64,000 bases of DNA, taken from positions 782 through 64,781 of the forward strand of contig CAYOIJ010000004.1 in the NCBI GenBank assembly GCA_964404025.1, written 5' to 3'. This document shows, piece by piece, positions 50,164 through 59,403 of this stretch. The position numbers were made by a program, and so were the translations under genes. The notes below the pieces were generated by a model. It was not told the DNA's origin. It ran no database searches and worked only from the letters and a program-made list of their open reading frames with translations. Positions within the stretch are counted from its first letter, which is position 1, and every line of letters starts with the position of its first letter. Origin of the DNA: an uncultured Pseudomonadales bacterium. GTDB taxonomy: Bacteria; Patescibacteriota; Microgenomatia; UBA1400; PJMF01.

Positions 50164-50352
50164 CTACTTAAAATTACACAGACCGAGGCGACAGATTTTT
50201 GCCAGGCGATGGAGTTTGGGGCCACTTTGTTGCAGTAAAGGATCGTACTGATTTGGCAGATCTAAATTTAGTAATTTAGCTTCAAGTAAATTAAGAGTTA
50301 ATGTATCGCTCTCAATTTTTTTTTGTCTTTCTTTATTTTTTTCTTTCATCAT
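50164..50352 (-). CDS. Hypothetical 62-aa protein between the attenuator and pheS
   Basis: ORF only; no motif. Confidence 0.35.
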   Translation of the reverse strand: MMKEKNKERQKKIESDTLTLNLLEAKLLNLDLPNQYDPLLQQSGPKLHRLAKICRLGLCNFK

Positions 50353-50368
50353 TTTTCATTTTTCAATT

Positions 50369-50396
50369 AAAAAACCCCGCTGAGTGGCGGGGTTTT
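50369..50396 (-). terminator. Intrinsic terminator (putative attenuator) upstream of pheS
   Basis: Minus strand AAAACCCCGC-CACTCA-GCGGGGTTTTTT. Confidence 0.9.
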
Positions 50397-50421
50397 GTTT
50401 TTATATATAATTACAAGAACA

Positions 50422-50490
50422 TTACCCCGCTCTTCGTTTAAAGAACTTTTGCATTAAGCAATGATAAGGTAATATCTGTGACAAATTCAT
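50422..50490 (-). CDS. Putative Phe-sensing leader peptide (PheM analogue), 22 aa
   Basis: MNLSQILPYHCLMQKFFKRRAG; ATG overlaps the rplT TGA; tandem TTC TTT; last codons GCGGGGT complementary to the terminator 5' arm. Confidence 0.6.
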   Translation of the reverse strand: MNLSQILPYHCLMQKFFKRRAG

Positions 50491-50861
50491 GGACATTTAT
50501 TTATATACTTATTTTGTGTTTTGACAACAATTTCTTTAAAGGTATCAAAATCACGAATAGCCAATTCACTCAACATTTTTCGATTAAGAGCAATTTTGGC
50601 AGTTTTTAAATTATTGATAAAGCGAGAATAATTAAATTGTTGGTTGATTTTTTTTAGTCCAGCATTAATCCGAATAATCCAAAGCTTGCGCATATCACGC
50701 TTACGCAGTTTACGCCCAATATAGGCATATTGGCCAGCATGCAGTGAAGCTTCTTTGGCTCTTTTATATAAACGACTATTAGTGCCACGAAAACCTTTAG
50801 TTAATTTAAGGACTTTTTTATGGCGACGACGTCTAATAACGCCTGTTCTTGTTCTTGACAT
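50487..50861 (-). CDS. rplT: 50S ribosomal protein L20
   Basis: KGFRG, RKLWIIRINA, LNRKMLSELA. Confidence 0.98.
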   Translation of the reverse strand: MSRTRTGVIRRRRHKKVLKLTKGFRGTNSRLYKRAKEASLHAGQYAYIGRKLRKRDMRKLWIIRINAGLKKINQQFNYSRFINNLKTAKIALNRKMLSELAIRDFDTFKEIVVKTQNKYINKCP

Positions 50862-50878
50862 AATAACTTTCTAAGAAT

Positions 50879-51082
50879 TTATTCGAGACCCAACATTCTT
50901 TTAATTTTTTTAGCGTAAGGTGCTTTAACTTCAACTGGAATACGATAATTACGAATGGCTTTTTTGCTCTTGTTACGGCGCAGATGGCGACGGTTTTGAA
51001 TTCGACGCATTACTTTTCCGGTACCAGTAATATGAAAACGACGAGACACACCCTTTCTGGTTTTAACCTTGATTTTTTTCAT
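50879..51082 (-). CDS. rpmI: 50S ribosomal protein L35
   Basis: KTRKGVSRRFHITGTGK; lies between infC and rplT. Confidence 0.95.
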   Translation of the reverse strand: MKKIKVKTRKGVSRRFHITGTGKVMRRIQNRRHLRRNKSKKAIRNYRIPVEVKAPYAKKIKRMLGLE

Positions 51083-51084
51083 AA

Positions 51085-51648
51085 TTATCCTTGTTTTTTA
51101 CTTTCTTTGCCCAGTGGGGCAAGTTGAGCCTGAAGCTTTTTGCCTAGCAATCTGGCTTCAACTTCAACTTTTGCGAGATCTTCTGTGTCCTTAAAGATTT
51201 TGGCAAAAATTTCATAGCCAGCCTCCTTATAGGCAATTTGTCGTCCTTTAAAGAAGAGAGTGATTTTAACCTTATGACCTTTACTCAAAAAATCTCGCAA
51301 TTGTTTGAGTCTGGTTTGGTAGTCACCTTCTCCCATAACCGGTGAGAAACGCAATTCTTTAAGATCTTGAACTTTTGACCTCTTTCGATTATCAGCCTCT
51401 TTTTTCTTGAGTTGATACTTGAATTTTGATAATTCAATAATCTTAACGATTGGTGGTTTAGCTTTGTCTGTGATTAAGACTAAGTCTTTATCTGCGTCCA
51501 TTGCTTTTTGAAAAGCTTCTCTGGACGACATGATTCCCACCATTTCTCCATGTTCTGTTAAAACGCGCACTTCGGGAAAACGAATGTTAGTATTCGCTTT
51601 CACAAATAAGTTGTCTTTTTTATGTTTGTTGTATTTTCTTCTGATCAC
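51085..51648 (-). CDS. infC: Translation initiation factor IF-3
   Basis: NTNIR..EVRV, DLVLI..KAKPPIVKI, KVKITL.FKGR. Confidence 0.96.
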   Translation of the reverse strand: MIRRKYNKHKKDNLFVKANTNIRFPEVRVLTEHGEMVGIMSSREAFQKAMDADKDLVLITDKAKPPIVKIIELSKFKYQLKKKEADNRKRSKVQDLKELRFSPVMGEGDYQTRLKQLRDFLSKGHKVKITLFFKGRQIAYKEAGYEIFAKIFKDTEDLAKVEVEARLLGKKLQAQLAPLGKESKKQG

Positions 51649-51825
51649 CTGAGGTCTAGAATTATACTATAAATTAAACAAAAAACCAGTAAGCAATCTC
51701 TGGAAAAGATTACTAACTTTAGTTACTATTGTAAACTCTAGAACTTATTATAACATGACTTGCTAGACAGAAAGCAGATTGATTTGCAGGTGTGCATCGA
51801 GTATAATTCAAAACGTTTGCTGATC

Positions 51826-51899
51826 GAGCTTGTAGCTCAGTTGGTTAGAGCGCTTCGTTGACATCGAAGAGGTCAGAGGTTCGAGTCCTCTCAAGCTCA
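51826..51899 (+). tRNA. tRNA-Val(GAC)
   Basis: Acceptor GAGCTTG/CAAGCTC+A; anticodon arm CTTCG-TTGACAT-CGAAG; GTTCGAG; TATAAT at 51802-51807; CCA not encoded. Confidence 0.97.
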
Positions 51900-51926
51900 C
51901 TTTTTATTTATTAATAAAGTGACTTT

Positions 51927-52499
51927 ATGAGTGAAGAAAACAATTTAATTATCAAAGAGTTGCCTAGCAATTACTATTACAATGGCAACCCAGAAATAGT
52001 TATTAATCGAGTAGCTGATTTAGCAAGGCTAAATGGTAACCCAGAATTAAGTGAGAAAAAAGCCTTAATGGTTAGAGAAGTGCTAACTTTTTGTCCTGTC
52101 CCTTTTTTAAACGAATTGATAGAGGCGCTAGAAACCCCCAGCGATGCGACTGTAGAGCTTTTAATCGATAGGGCCAGTCATGGTGAAATTAATTTAAAAA
52201 CTAATAATACTTTAAGTGCAGAACAAAAAAATCAAATTAGCACTTTAGCTTTTAATTTATTGACCGAGAAAATAAATAACTCTAGTGCGGAGGAACTTTT
52301 ACCGATTTTATATTTTATCAGGGAATACATCTCGGTTCAAAAAGCAAGAGAAAACGAAACTAATCAAAAAATCATGAAAATCGAAGAACAAGTGGGACAT
52401 TTACGAAAAGAAGTTGAGTTTGAGAAAGATAATTTAAAACAAGATCAAGAAAATTTGTTTTTGCTTTTTATTCAAAAACTCAACAACTCTAATTTTTAA
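51927..52499 (+). CDS. Hypothetical protein with C-terminal coiled coil
   Basis: 190-aa ORF directly after tRNA-Val. Confidence 0.6.
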   Translation: MSEENNLIIKELPSNYYYNGNPEIVINRVADLARLNGNPELSEKKALMVREVLTFCPVPFLNELIEALETPSDATVELLIDRASHGEINLKTNNTLSAEQKNQISTLAFNLLTEKINNSSAEELLPILYFIREYISVQKARENETNQKIMKIEEQVGHLRKEVEFEKDNLKQDQENLFLLFIQKLNNSNF

Positions 52500-53191
52500 G
52501 CACCCATATTCATGCCGAAGTTTTTCTCACTACCCATCGCGTCATGAACATTTTTACTATTTTTAAAGTTAAAAGCGCTGCCTCGCCCTCGCTTACCTTT
52601 GCCAGAAACTTGTGACATCCAAGTCTGGGCACTATGAACCTGCTTGCGCAGGAGCATAATCCATTCGCGTAATTTATGAAAAAAGTTGAAGAAACCAATG
52701 CCACTGGTACCTGGATCAACCACTTCTCTAGTTAGTGCTAAATCAATTTCTTTATCTAAATTTTTAATGTCTTGAGCCAACATTTTTAATTCTTCTCTGG
52801 TGGCTTGTAATTCTTCTAGATTTTTTTCAGCTTGAGCCGAAAAAACCTCATGGGTTTCAACGGGGTTGATTTGATCATGGAGTTTTTGACGCAAACTATC
52901 TTTTTTTTGCTGAGCAAGCATTTCTGCCTGTTTTTTTAGAGAGAGTTCTTCTTCTAATTGATTGGGAAACTTTCCTCCGGCCTGACTTAGGGCTTGAGCA
53001 AAAGGATTTAGTTTTTGTTTTTTTGCTTCTTCAGTTTGGGGACTGGGTGAACTAGTAAGGTTTTTTTCGCTTTCCAAAAGAGCTCGAGCGAGAGATTGGT
53101 TTCGCTGAGCTGTTGCTTTGCTGCCAGCGGAGTTAGTATTATTTTGATTCAAGTTATTCATGATTGTAGCGTGATTAAAAAAAAAGGACAA
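52496..53191 (-). CDS. DUF5660-like coiled-coil protein; start may be MNNLNQ
   Basis: VVDPG...NFFHKL...SAQTWM pattern recalled from a CPR-enriched family. Confidence 0.65.
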   Translation of the reverse strand: MSFFFNHATIMNNLNQNNTNSAGSKATAQRNQSLARALLESEKNLTSSPSPQTEEAKKQKLNPFAQALSQAGGKFPNQLEEELSLKKQAEMLAQQKKDSLRQKLHDQINPVETHEVFSAQAEKNLEELQATREELKMLAQDIKNLDKEIDLALTREVVDPGTSGIGFFNFFHKLREWIMLLRKQVHSAQTWMSQVSGKGKRGRGSAFNFKNSKNVHDAMGSEKNFGMNMGA

Positions 53192-53285
53192 GAAAGACTA
53201 GGTTTTAATCAAACTTCGAATATATATTATAAGATCAAAGTAGTGCAAAGTCAAACTTTACCTCTGGTGAAAAGAAGTAAAAAAC

Positions 53286-54305
53286 TTATTTCTTTAATAA
53301 GCTTTCAATTGTTTGTCGGCGCAGCAATTGAGCTTTAAAGCTGTTGAGATATTGCTCATGACTGCTAATTTGTTTTCGTAGTTTTTCATCTTCGATGGCA
53401 TCTAGAGCTGTTTTGAGAGCACTATCTTCCACCTTGATTTTTCGCTCTTTAGCGATAGCTGCCAAAATGAAATCAATTTGTAAGCGATTAAGTACGGTGC
53501 CAGCCAATTCATTGCTTAGCTCTTCAAGACTAACCTGCCTCTTTTTTAAGTAGTCCTCAATAGAAATTTTGTAAGAACTTAACTGTTCTTTGAGTTTTTC
53601 AAATTCTGCTTGAGTTTCACGGCGCAGTAACAGCTCACCGATACTTGGACGGATATTGACCACTAATTCGCGTAAAATATGTTGGTAATAAATTTCTTTT
53701 TCCTGATCTGGAGAAAGCTTTTGAGCTTGGGGTGTTTCTTTTTTATCTTTAGCTTGAATTTTTGTATCTTTTTTTACAGTTTCTTTTTTGATTTTATCAT
53801 TGTGTTCTTTGATAAATTTAGCAGCAGCTTTTTTGCCGCTAGCCAGATATTTTTCATAATCTTTTAGCTCAATGGCGGGGGCTTCACAAAAATGAGCTTC
53901 TAAAACCCAATCTTCTCCCTTTTTTATCGATGCTAAATGATATTCTGGAGCAGTAATGGGCTGTTTTTTTGTTGCTTTTAGGGCTGCTATATATTTTTTT
54001 GGTAAAAGTTCTCGTAAAACTGTTTCAGCGATTTTTTCTAAGGAAACTTGTTTTTCTACAATATCTAAAGGTGCTTTTCCTTGGCGAAACCCCTCAATCT
54101 TCATGCTTTTTGCCAAATTGGCCACAGCTGAGCGATAAGGTTTTTCTAATTCTGACCAAGGAATAGTAACGCGCAAACTATCATTACTGGCAATTAAAGA
54201 TTTTTTTTCTGGTTCTTGTTTAACCTTTGTTTTGGAAGCAGATTTAGTTTTGTCTGCACTTGCTTTTTTAGCACTGGGTTTTTTTTTGGTTTGTGTTTTA
54301 GCCAT
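53286..54305 (-). CDS. tig: Trigger factor lacking a recognisable PPIase domain
   Basis: Ribosome-binding GFRQGKAP; C-domain FILAAIAKE; Lys-rich linker where FKBP would sit. Confidence 0.88.
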   Translation of the reverse strand: MAKTQTKKKPSAKKASADKTKSASKTKVKQEPEKKSLIASNDSLRVTIPWSELEKPYRSAVANLAKSMKIEGFRQGKAPLDIVEKQVSLEKIAETVLRELLPKKYIAALKATKKQPITAPEYHLASIKKGEDWVLEAHFCEAPAIELKDYEKYLASGKKAAAKFIKEHNDKIKKETVKKDTKIQAKDKKETPQAQKLSPDQEKEIYYQHILRELVVNIRPSIGELLLRRETQAEFEKLKEQLSSYKISIEDYLKKRQVSLEELSNELAGTVLNRLQIDFILAAIAKERKIKVEDSALKTALDAIEDEKLRKQISSHEQYLNSFKAQLLRRQTIESLLKK

Positions 54306-54363
54306 AGGTGTGCATTATACCTTATGACTCAAGCCCTGATTAGGGTCGTTATTTCTCGGAAAT

Positions 54364-54507
54364 CTAAAAAAGCATGTAAACAAAAGGACTAACTGGAGAG
54401 GTAGTTGAAAAGATGACTAAAAAGCCAAAAATAATAAAAATAATGACTGGAGGAATTAACCACCAATTGCGTTTTTGCCAAAGATATTCAAGTAGTTCTT
54501 TAAACAT
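54364..54507 (-). CDS. DUF5989/SxtK-like small membrane protein (47 aa), not in the ORF track
   Basis: MFKELLEYLWQKRNWWLIPPVIIFIIFGFLVIFSTTSPVSPFVYMLF; WWL.P...PF.Y.LF signature. Confidence 0.85.
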   Translation of the reverse strand: MFKELLEYLWQKRNWWLIPPVIIFIIFGFLVIFSTTSPVSPFVYMLF

Positions 54508-54525
54508 AATAACTATTTTCTTAAT

Positions 54526-56229
54526 TTATTTACTTACAATATATTGGTCAATCACCAAATGATCAATATCAGTTTGCAGAAAACAACTAATGGCATCTTG
54601 TGGAGTGCAAACTATTGGCTCGCCGCGCACATTAAAAGAAGTATTAATAAAAATGGGAATACCAGTTTTTTTAAAATAAGCTTCTAGAAGATCATAATAA
54701 AGAGGATTGTCACCGCGAGCGAGTGTTTCGGGACGGCCACTGCCGTCCACATGAACAACTGCAGGCACTAATTTTTTGGCTTTTTCCCTGAAAGGATGAA
54801 CGGTTAGCATCCATTTTAGTGAGGGGGAAAAATACTTGTCCATATGAAAGTATTTATTAGCTTCAGACTCAATAACGACAGGTGCAAAGGGCCTAAATAA
54901 CTCTCGCTTCTTGACCTTTGCATTAATAATATCTCGCATTTCTTCAGTTTTGGCGCTAGCCAAAATACTTCGATTACCAAGCGCACGCGGTCCCCATTCT
55001 ACCCGGCCCTGAAACCAGCCGATGACTTTTTGCTGAACAATTAAATCACTGACTTGCTTGATTAATTGCTGTTTGTTGCTGATCAATTGATATTTCAATC
55101 CCGCTTCTTTTAGAGCATGCCCAACTTGATACCAAGAATAAGCAGGACCGAGGTAGGGGTGAAAATCGTGATTATTTTTAGCGACTTGTTCGCCCAAACT
55201 AGCTGCCAACTCTAAAGCTGCTCCCATAGCCCCACCACCATCACCTGGATCTGGTGGGATAAAGAATTTTTTAAAACTAGTATTTTGTAAAATTTTACCA
55301 TTCATAACGGAGTTGAGTGCAACACCGCCAGCTAAACATAAATTTTCAGTTTGGTATTTTTTTTGCACTTGACTGAGTAAATTAAAAACGACTTCTTCTA
55401 ATTTGCTTTGTAGTGCCGCTGCAATATCTTTATGATGCTGAAGAATTTTTGCCTCTTTTTGACGAATTGGATGTCCAAACAAATCAATTAATTTTTTACT
55501 AGGCATTTGTTCTCGCCAAACGAAGTCAAAAAACTCCATGTTTAGTTTGAAACTACCGTCAGCAAAAATTTCAATAATTTGGTCAAAATGTTTTTTAAAA
55601 GGTTTTGCATTGCCATAAGAAGCCAGGCCCATGACCTTATATTCAGCGTCGTTAGCCTCAAAACCTAAATAGGTGGTAAAGGTGCTGTAAAGCAAACCAA
55701 GTGAATCGGGAAAATGTATTTCTTTGTCTAGTCTAATTTTGTCATTTTTTCCCAGTCCAATGCTAGTAGTAGTCCACTCACCTACTCCGTCAATGTTGAC
55801 GATGGCTGCTTTTTTAAAGCCTGATAAGTAATAAGAACTAGCGGCATGAGAAAGATGATGCTTGATGTAGCGAATTGGTCCATGATAGTGAAGTTCTTCT
55901 TTAAAAGTTTTACTCAAATTAAGTTTTTCATTAAACCAGGGGGCCATATATCTAATGAATTGACCCAGACTTTTGGGGAAATACTCAAGGTGTTGGCTAA
56001 TAACTCTTTCAAATTTAACCAGGGGTTTCTCATAAAAAGCCACATAATCAATTTCTTTAGCTGCTATACCCAGTTCTTTTAAACAAAAATCTATAGCTAA
56101 TTTTGGAAAACGATTGTCGTGTTTTACTCGAGAAAAACGCTCTTCTGCAGCTGCAGCAATGATTTTTCCATCTTTAATCAAGCAAGCTGCGCTATCATGA
56201 TAGTAGCAAGAGATGCCTAAAATAATCAT
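54526..56229 (-). CDS. O-carbamoyltransferase (NodU/CmcH/SxtI family)
   Basis: YHDSAA, EERFSR, HHLSHA, YKVMGLA, GPRALGNRS, RPFAP, NTSFN. Confidence 0.95.
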   Translation of the reverse strand: MIILGISCYYHDSAACLIKDGKIIAAAAEERFSRVKHDNRFPKLAIDFCLKELGIAAKEIDYVAFYEKPLVKFERVISQHLEYFPKSLGQFIRYMAPWFNEKLNLSKTFKEELHYHGPIRYIKHHLSHAASSYYLSGFKKAAIVNIDGVGEWTTTSIGLGKNDKIRLDKEIHFPDSLGLLYSTFTTYLGFEANDAEYKVMGLASYGNAKPFKKHFDQIIEIFADGSFKLNMEFFDFVWREQMPSKKLIDLFGHPIRQKEAKILQHHKDIAAALQSKLEEVVFNLLSQVQKKYQTENLCLAGGVALNSVMNGKILQNTSFKKFFIPPDPGDGGGAMGAALELAASLGEQVAKNNHDFHPYLGPAYSWYQVGHALKEAGLKYQLISNKQQLIKQVSDLIVQQKVIGWFQGRVEWGPRALGNRSILASAKTEEMRDIINAKVKKRELFRPFAPVVIESEANKYFHMDKYFSPSLKWMLTVHPFREKAKKLVPAVVHVDGSGRPETLARGDNPLYYDLLEAYFKKTGIPIFINTSFNVRGEPIVCTPQDAISCFLQTDIDHLVIDQYIVSK

Positions 56230-56453
56230 TAATACATTTTTTCTAAACTGACACTGGAGTGTTTTTGGAGATCAATTTTTTGCCAGTTACTATTTTTATG
56301 CTTTTTATTTAAAAATTTTTTACCAACAATCTTAGCCACCACAGCACTTAAGCCAACGCCAAAGAAATAAATAACGATCAGAGTGAATTGAGTGAATTTT
56401 TTTTCAGCAAATTTTCGCCAATTTACAAAAAAATCACTAATAGCCTTTTTCAT
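56229..56453 (-). CDS. Small membrane protein similar to the SxtJ C-terminal part
   Basis: W..F....TLIVIYFFGV; ends EKMY; stop overlaps the carbamoyltransferase ATG. Confidence 0.7.
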   Translation of the reverse strand: MKKAISDFFVNWRKFAEKKFTQFTLIVIYFFGVGLSAVVAKIVGKKFLNKKHKNSNWQKIDLQKHSSVSLEKMY

Positions 56454-56465
56454 AAATTTTGCAAA

Positions 56466-57515
56466 CTAAATTAGAACTAGTTGCTCCATCAAGCGACAAG
56501 TATAACCCCACTCATTGTCATACCAAGCTATAATTTTTAGAAGGTTGCCATCAATTAGTTGAATGAGTGGTAAATCTACGACAGCGCTGTACTCGCAGCC
56601 AATAAAATCACTGGAAACCAATGGCTCAGTGCTTACTGCCAAGATGTTTTTATATTCTCCCTGGGCAGCCTCAATAAAGCTTTGTTTGATTTCTTCAGTT
56701 GTAGTATTTTTGCCAAGGATAAAAGTAATGTCAGCAAGGGAAACCGTTGGAGTTGGGACACGAATAGCCAGACCATCAAATTTATTTTTCAAAACAGGAA
56801 TAATGCTGGCAGTTGCTTTAGCGGCGCCAGTTGAAGTAGGCACCAGATTTAGTGCAGCTGCTCGGGCTCGACGGAGATCTTTTTTATGAGAATTATCATG
56901 TAAGTTTTGATCACTGGTGTAGGAGTGGATGGTGCTTAAAATGGCTTTTTCAATACCAAAATTATCTTGGACAATTTTAACAATTGGAGCAACACAGTTG
57001 GTGGTACAAGACGCATTAGAAAAAATATTTTTACTTAAATCGAGTTGGTTGACACTAATTACCCCAGTGCTAATCAATTTATCCGGATCATCCTTTCCGG
57101 GAGCTGATAATAAAACTTTTTTAGCCCCAGCCTGTAAATGTAAACTAGCTTTTTTGGCTTTATTAAAAGCACCGGTAGCTTCAAGAACACTATATACCCC
57201 ATACTTTTCCCAAGGGATTTTGGCGGGATCGCGTTCAGCAGTAAGAAGAATTTTATGCCCATCCACTATGATGTATCCTAGCTCAATTTCCCCTTCAGCC
57301 AGTTCTTTAACTTTTTTTAGTTCTTCAAAAGCAATACTTTCTTTAAAAGTGCCATAAACACTATCATATTTAAGAAGTTTCACCCAGCCCTCCAAATCCA
57401 TAGAGCCAGAGGTATTAATCACTTTTAAGTCTAAGCTTTGGCGATGTTTGTCAAACCATACTCGAAAAGCTAGGCGAGCAATACGACCGAAGCCATTAAT
57501 GGCAAAGTTTTTCAT
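56466..57515 (-). CDS. gap: Type I glyceraldehyde-3-phosphate dehydrogenase
   Basis: INGFGRI, SNASCTTNC, STGAAKA, WYDNEWGY. Confidence 0.97.
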   Translation of the reverse strand: MKNFAINGFGRIARLAFRVWFDKHRQSLDLKVINTSGSMDLEGWVKLLKYDSVYGTFKESIAFEELKKVKELAEGEIELGYIIVDGHKILLTAERDPAKIPWEKYGVYSVLEATGAFNKAKKASLHLQAGAKKVLLSAPGKDDPDKLISTGVISVNQLDLSKNIFSNASCTTNCVAPIVKIVQDNFGIEKAILSTIHSYTSDQNLHDNSHKKDLRRARAAALNLVPTSTGAAKATASIIPVLKNKFDGLAIRVPTPTVSLADITFILGKNTTTEEIKQSFIEAAQGEYKNILAVSTEPLVSSDFIGCEYSAVVDLPLIQLIDGNLLKIIAWYDNEWGYTCRLMEQLVLI

Positions 57516-57554
57516 AGGCAGTTTTCCTTTTAATACTTCACAGGTTCAAATTAA

Positions 57555-58295
57555 TTAAGCTAGTTTTGTTTCCACGTCATTAGATACATAAGTACCAATG
57601 TCTTCTCCACTGACTGCTTTTTTGAGATTATTTTCCTTAAAGAGATTAAAGACCATAATTGGCATGTCGTTTTCTTTGCACATTGCTAAAGCACCAGTGT
57701 CCATAACTTGTATTTCTTCTTTTTCGATAGCATCTTTAAAGGTCATAGTTTTTAATCTTTTGGCATCTGGAAATTTCATTGGATCGCGCTCATAAATGCC
57801 ATCAACTTTGGTAGCCTTCATCAAAACATCACAGTGTAGTTCTAGAGCATGTAGGGCCGCACCAGAATCAGTGGTGACATAAGGCATGCCTGTGCCAGCC
57901 ACTAAAATTAAAATTCTTCCCTTCTCTAGGTGACGAATAGCTTTATTACGAATAAAGCTTTCACTTACAGCTGGCATAGTAAGTGCTGATTGAGTTCTCA
58001 CAGCTAAACCAACCTTTTTTAAGGCATCTTGGAGAGCTAAGCCATTCATCACGGTTGCCAACATTCCCATATAATCAGCTGTTGCTCGATCAATGCCATT
58101 TTTTGAAGCAGCTAAACCACGAAAAATATTACCACCACCAATCACGATGACAATTTCAATTTTTCCATCAACAATGGTTTTAATTTTTTTTGCCATGACA
58201 AGCACAGCTTTGGGATCAATACCAAACTCTCTGTCTCCAAGTAGTGATTCACCGCCAATTTTGAGCATGATTCGCTTAAATCGTTTTTCTGCCAT
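57555..58295 (-). CDS. pyrH: UMP kinase
   Basis: LKIGGESL, GGGNIFRG, DYMGMLAT, TTDS. Confidence 0.97.
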   Translation of the reverse strand: MAEKRFKRIMLKIGGESLLGDREFGIDPKAVLVMAKKIKTIVDGKIEIVIVIGGGNIFRGLAASKNGIDRATADYMGMLATVMNGLALQDALKKVGLAVRTQSALTMPAVSESFIRNKAIRHLEKGRILILVAGTGMPYVTTDSGAALHALELHCDVLMKATKVDGIYERDPMKFPDAKRLKTMTFKDAIEKEEIQVMDTGALAMCKENDMPIMVFNLFKENNLKKAVSGEDIGTYVSNDVETKLA

Positions 58296-58316
58296 AGTTT
58301 TTCCTTTTTCTTCTAT

Positions 58317-59351
58317 TTATAGCTTAATAAATTTTTTCTTCAAACGCAAGAATTTCCATCGCCAATCTTCAGCCAAAGTATAGAGCTTATAAGTCGGATA
58401 GTTATAGACGAGATCGTAGGTGCCAATATGCTCAATTAGTTGTCCGCCATAACTTCTTTTAAAACGATGAAAGCCAAACCAAGGATCTTTAGGATCAGGA
58501 TTTGGTCCGAGTGCTCCCCATAAATCAAATAATTGACAATTATGTTTTTGGCCAAAACGAATAGCTTCCCACATCATGAGATTGCTAGCCATGACTTCTC
58601 GATGTTGACTGCTGGAGGCCCCATAGGGATAGTAAAGGACATTGTTAAAAGTAAAAAGGATCCAAGTAACAATGACTTTGTTTTCATAAGTGGCTTTTAG
58701 AATATGCATGATGTTGCTATCTTTGAAAATCTGCCACATTTGGCGAAAATAATCTGGTGTATGAGCATAAAATTCTTGTCGACTGGTGGTTTCATTTAAA
58801 ACTTTTAAGTAATCTTCTAAACCCTTCTCGCTACTATCTTCAAAAACTTTAACTCCCTTTTTAATTGCTAAACGCGTGTTATAGCGAGTTTTACTAGTCA
58901 TTTTACTCATTAATTCTTCTTCAGACAGGCTGAGATCAATTTGAAAAGTATAGGGAGTAAAAAGAGAACGACCCTCTTCTACTTGGTAGTTTTTTAAAAA
59001 ATTAACACTTTTGTGCTGATCGTGATTTTGATCAAGATCTTTAAGTACAGCTGGCTCAAGCTTAATACAAACAGCCTTGTGCTTATTAGCTAATTGCTCT
59101 AGAGTAGCAATTTGATCTTTATCAGGGTCAAAGCCTTTGGGGAAATAGCCAATTGTTTTTCCTAATATGGGTAAATCATGAAAGGTAACAGTCATTGCTT
59201 TTTTAAGCTGACCATCTTTAAAAAATCCAATTCTTTCAACTTTTTGGCCAGTTTTTTTACGGAATTCTCCCCACTCATAGGATTGAATGGGATGATGAAC
59301 GGATCGATTATATATTTCTTTTTCTTCTGGACGAATATCGCGAATTAGCAT
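58317..59351 (-). CDS. FemABX-family lipid II aminoacyltransferase
   Basis: QSYEWG, KTRYNTRLA.KKGV, YPYGAS, FDLWG, GFHRFK. Confidence 0.9.
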   Translation of the reverse strand: MLIRDIRPEEKEIYNRSVHHPIQSYEWGEFRKKTGQKVERIGFFKDGQLKKAMTVTFHDLPILGKTIGYFPKGFDPDKDQIATLEQLANKHKAVCIKLEPAVLKDLDQNHDQHKSVNFLKNYQVEEGRSLFTPYTFQIDLSLSEEELMSKMTSKTRYNTRLAIKKGVKVFEDSSEKGLEDYLKVLNETTSRQEFYAHTPDYFRQMWQIFKDSNIMHILKATYENKVIVTWILFTFNNVLYYPYGASSSQHREVMASNLMMWEAIRFGQKHNCQLFDLWGALGPNPDPKDPWFGFHRFKRSYGGQLIEHIGTYDLVYNYPTYKLYTLAEDWRWKFLRLKKKFIKL

Positions 59352-59403
59352 ATTTTATATTCCTTTATTATATGAGAAAAAGTCGATCTTGTCAGCCGAG
59401 TCT

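Noticed and set aside
50109-50490. T-box riboswitch upstream of pheS
   Set aside because: No T-box consensus (TGGNACC bulge) or stem I seen; the leader-peptide model fits better.
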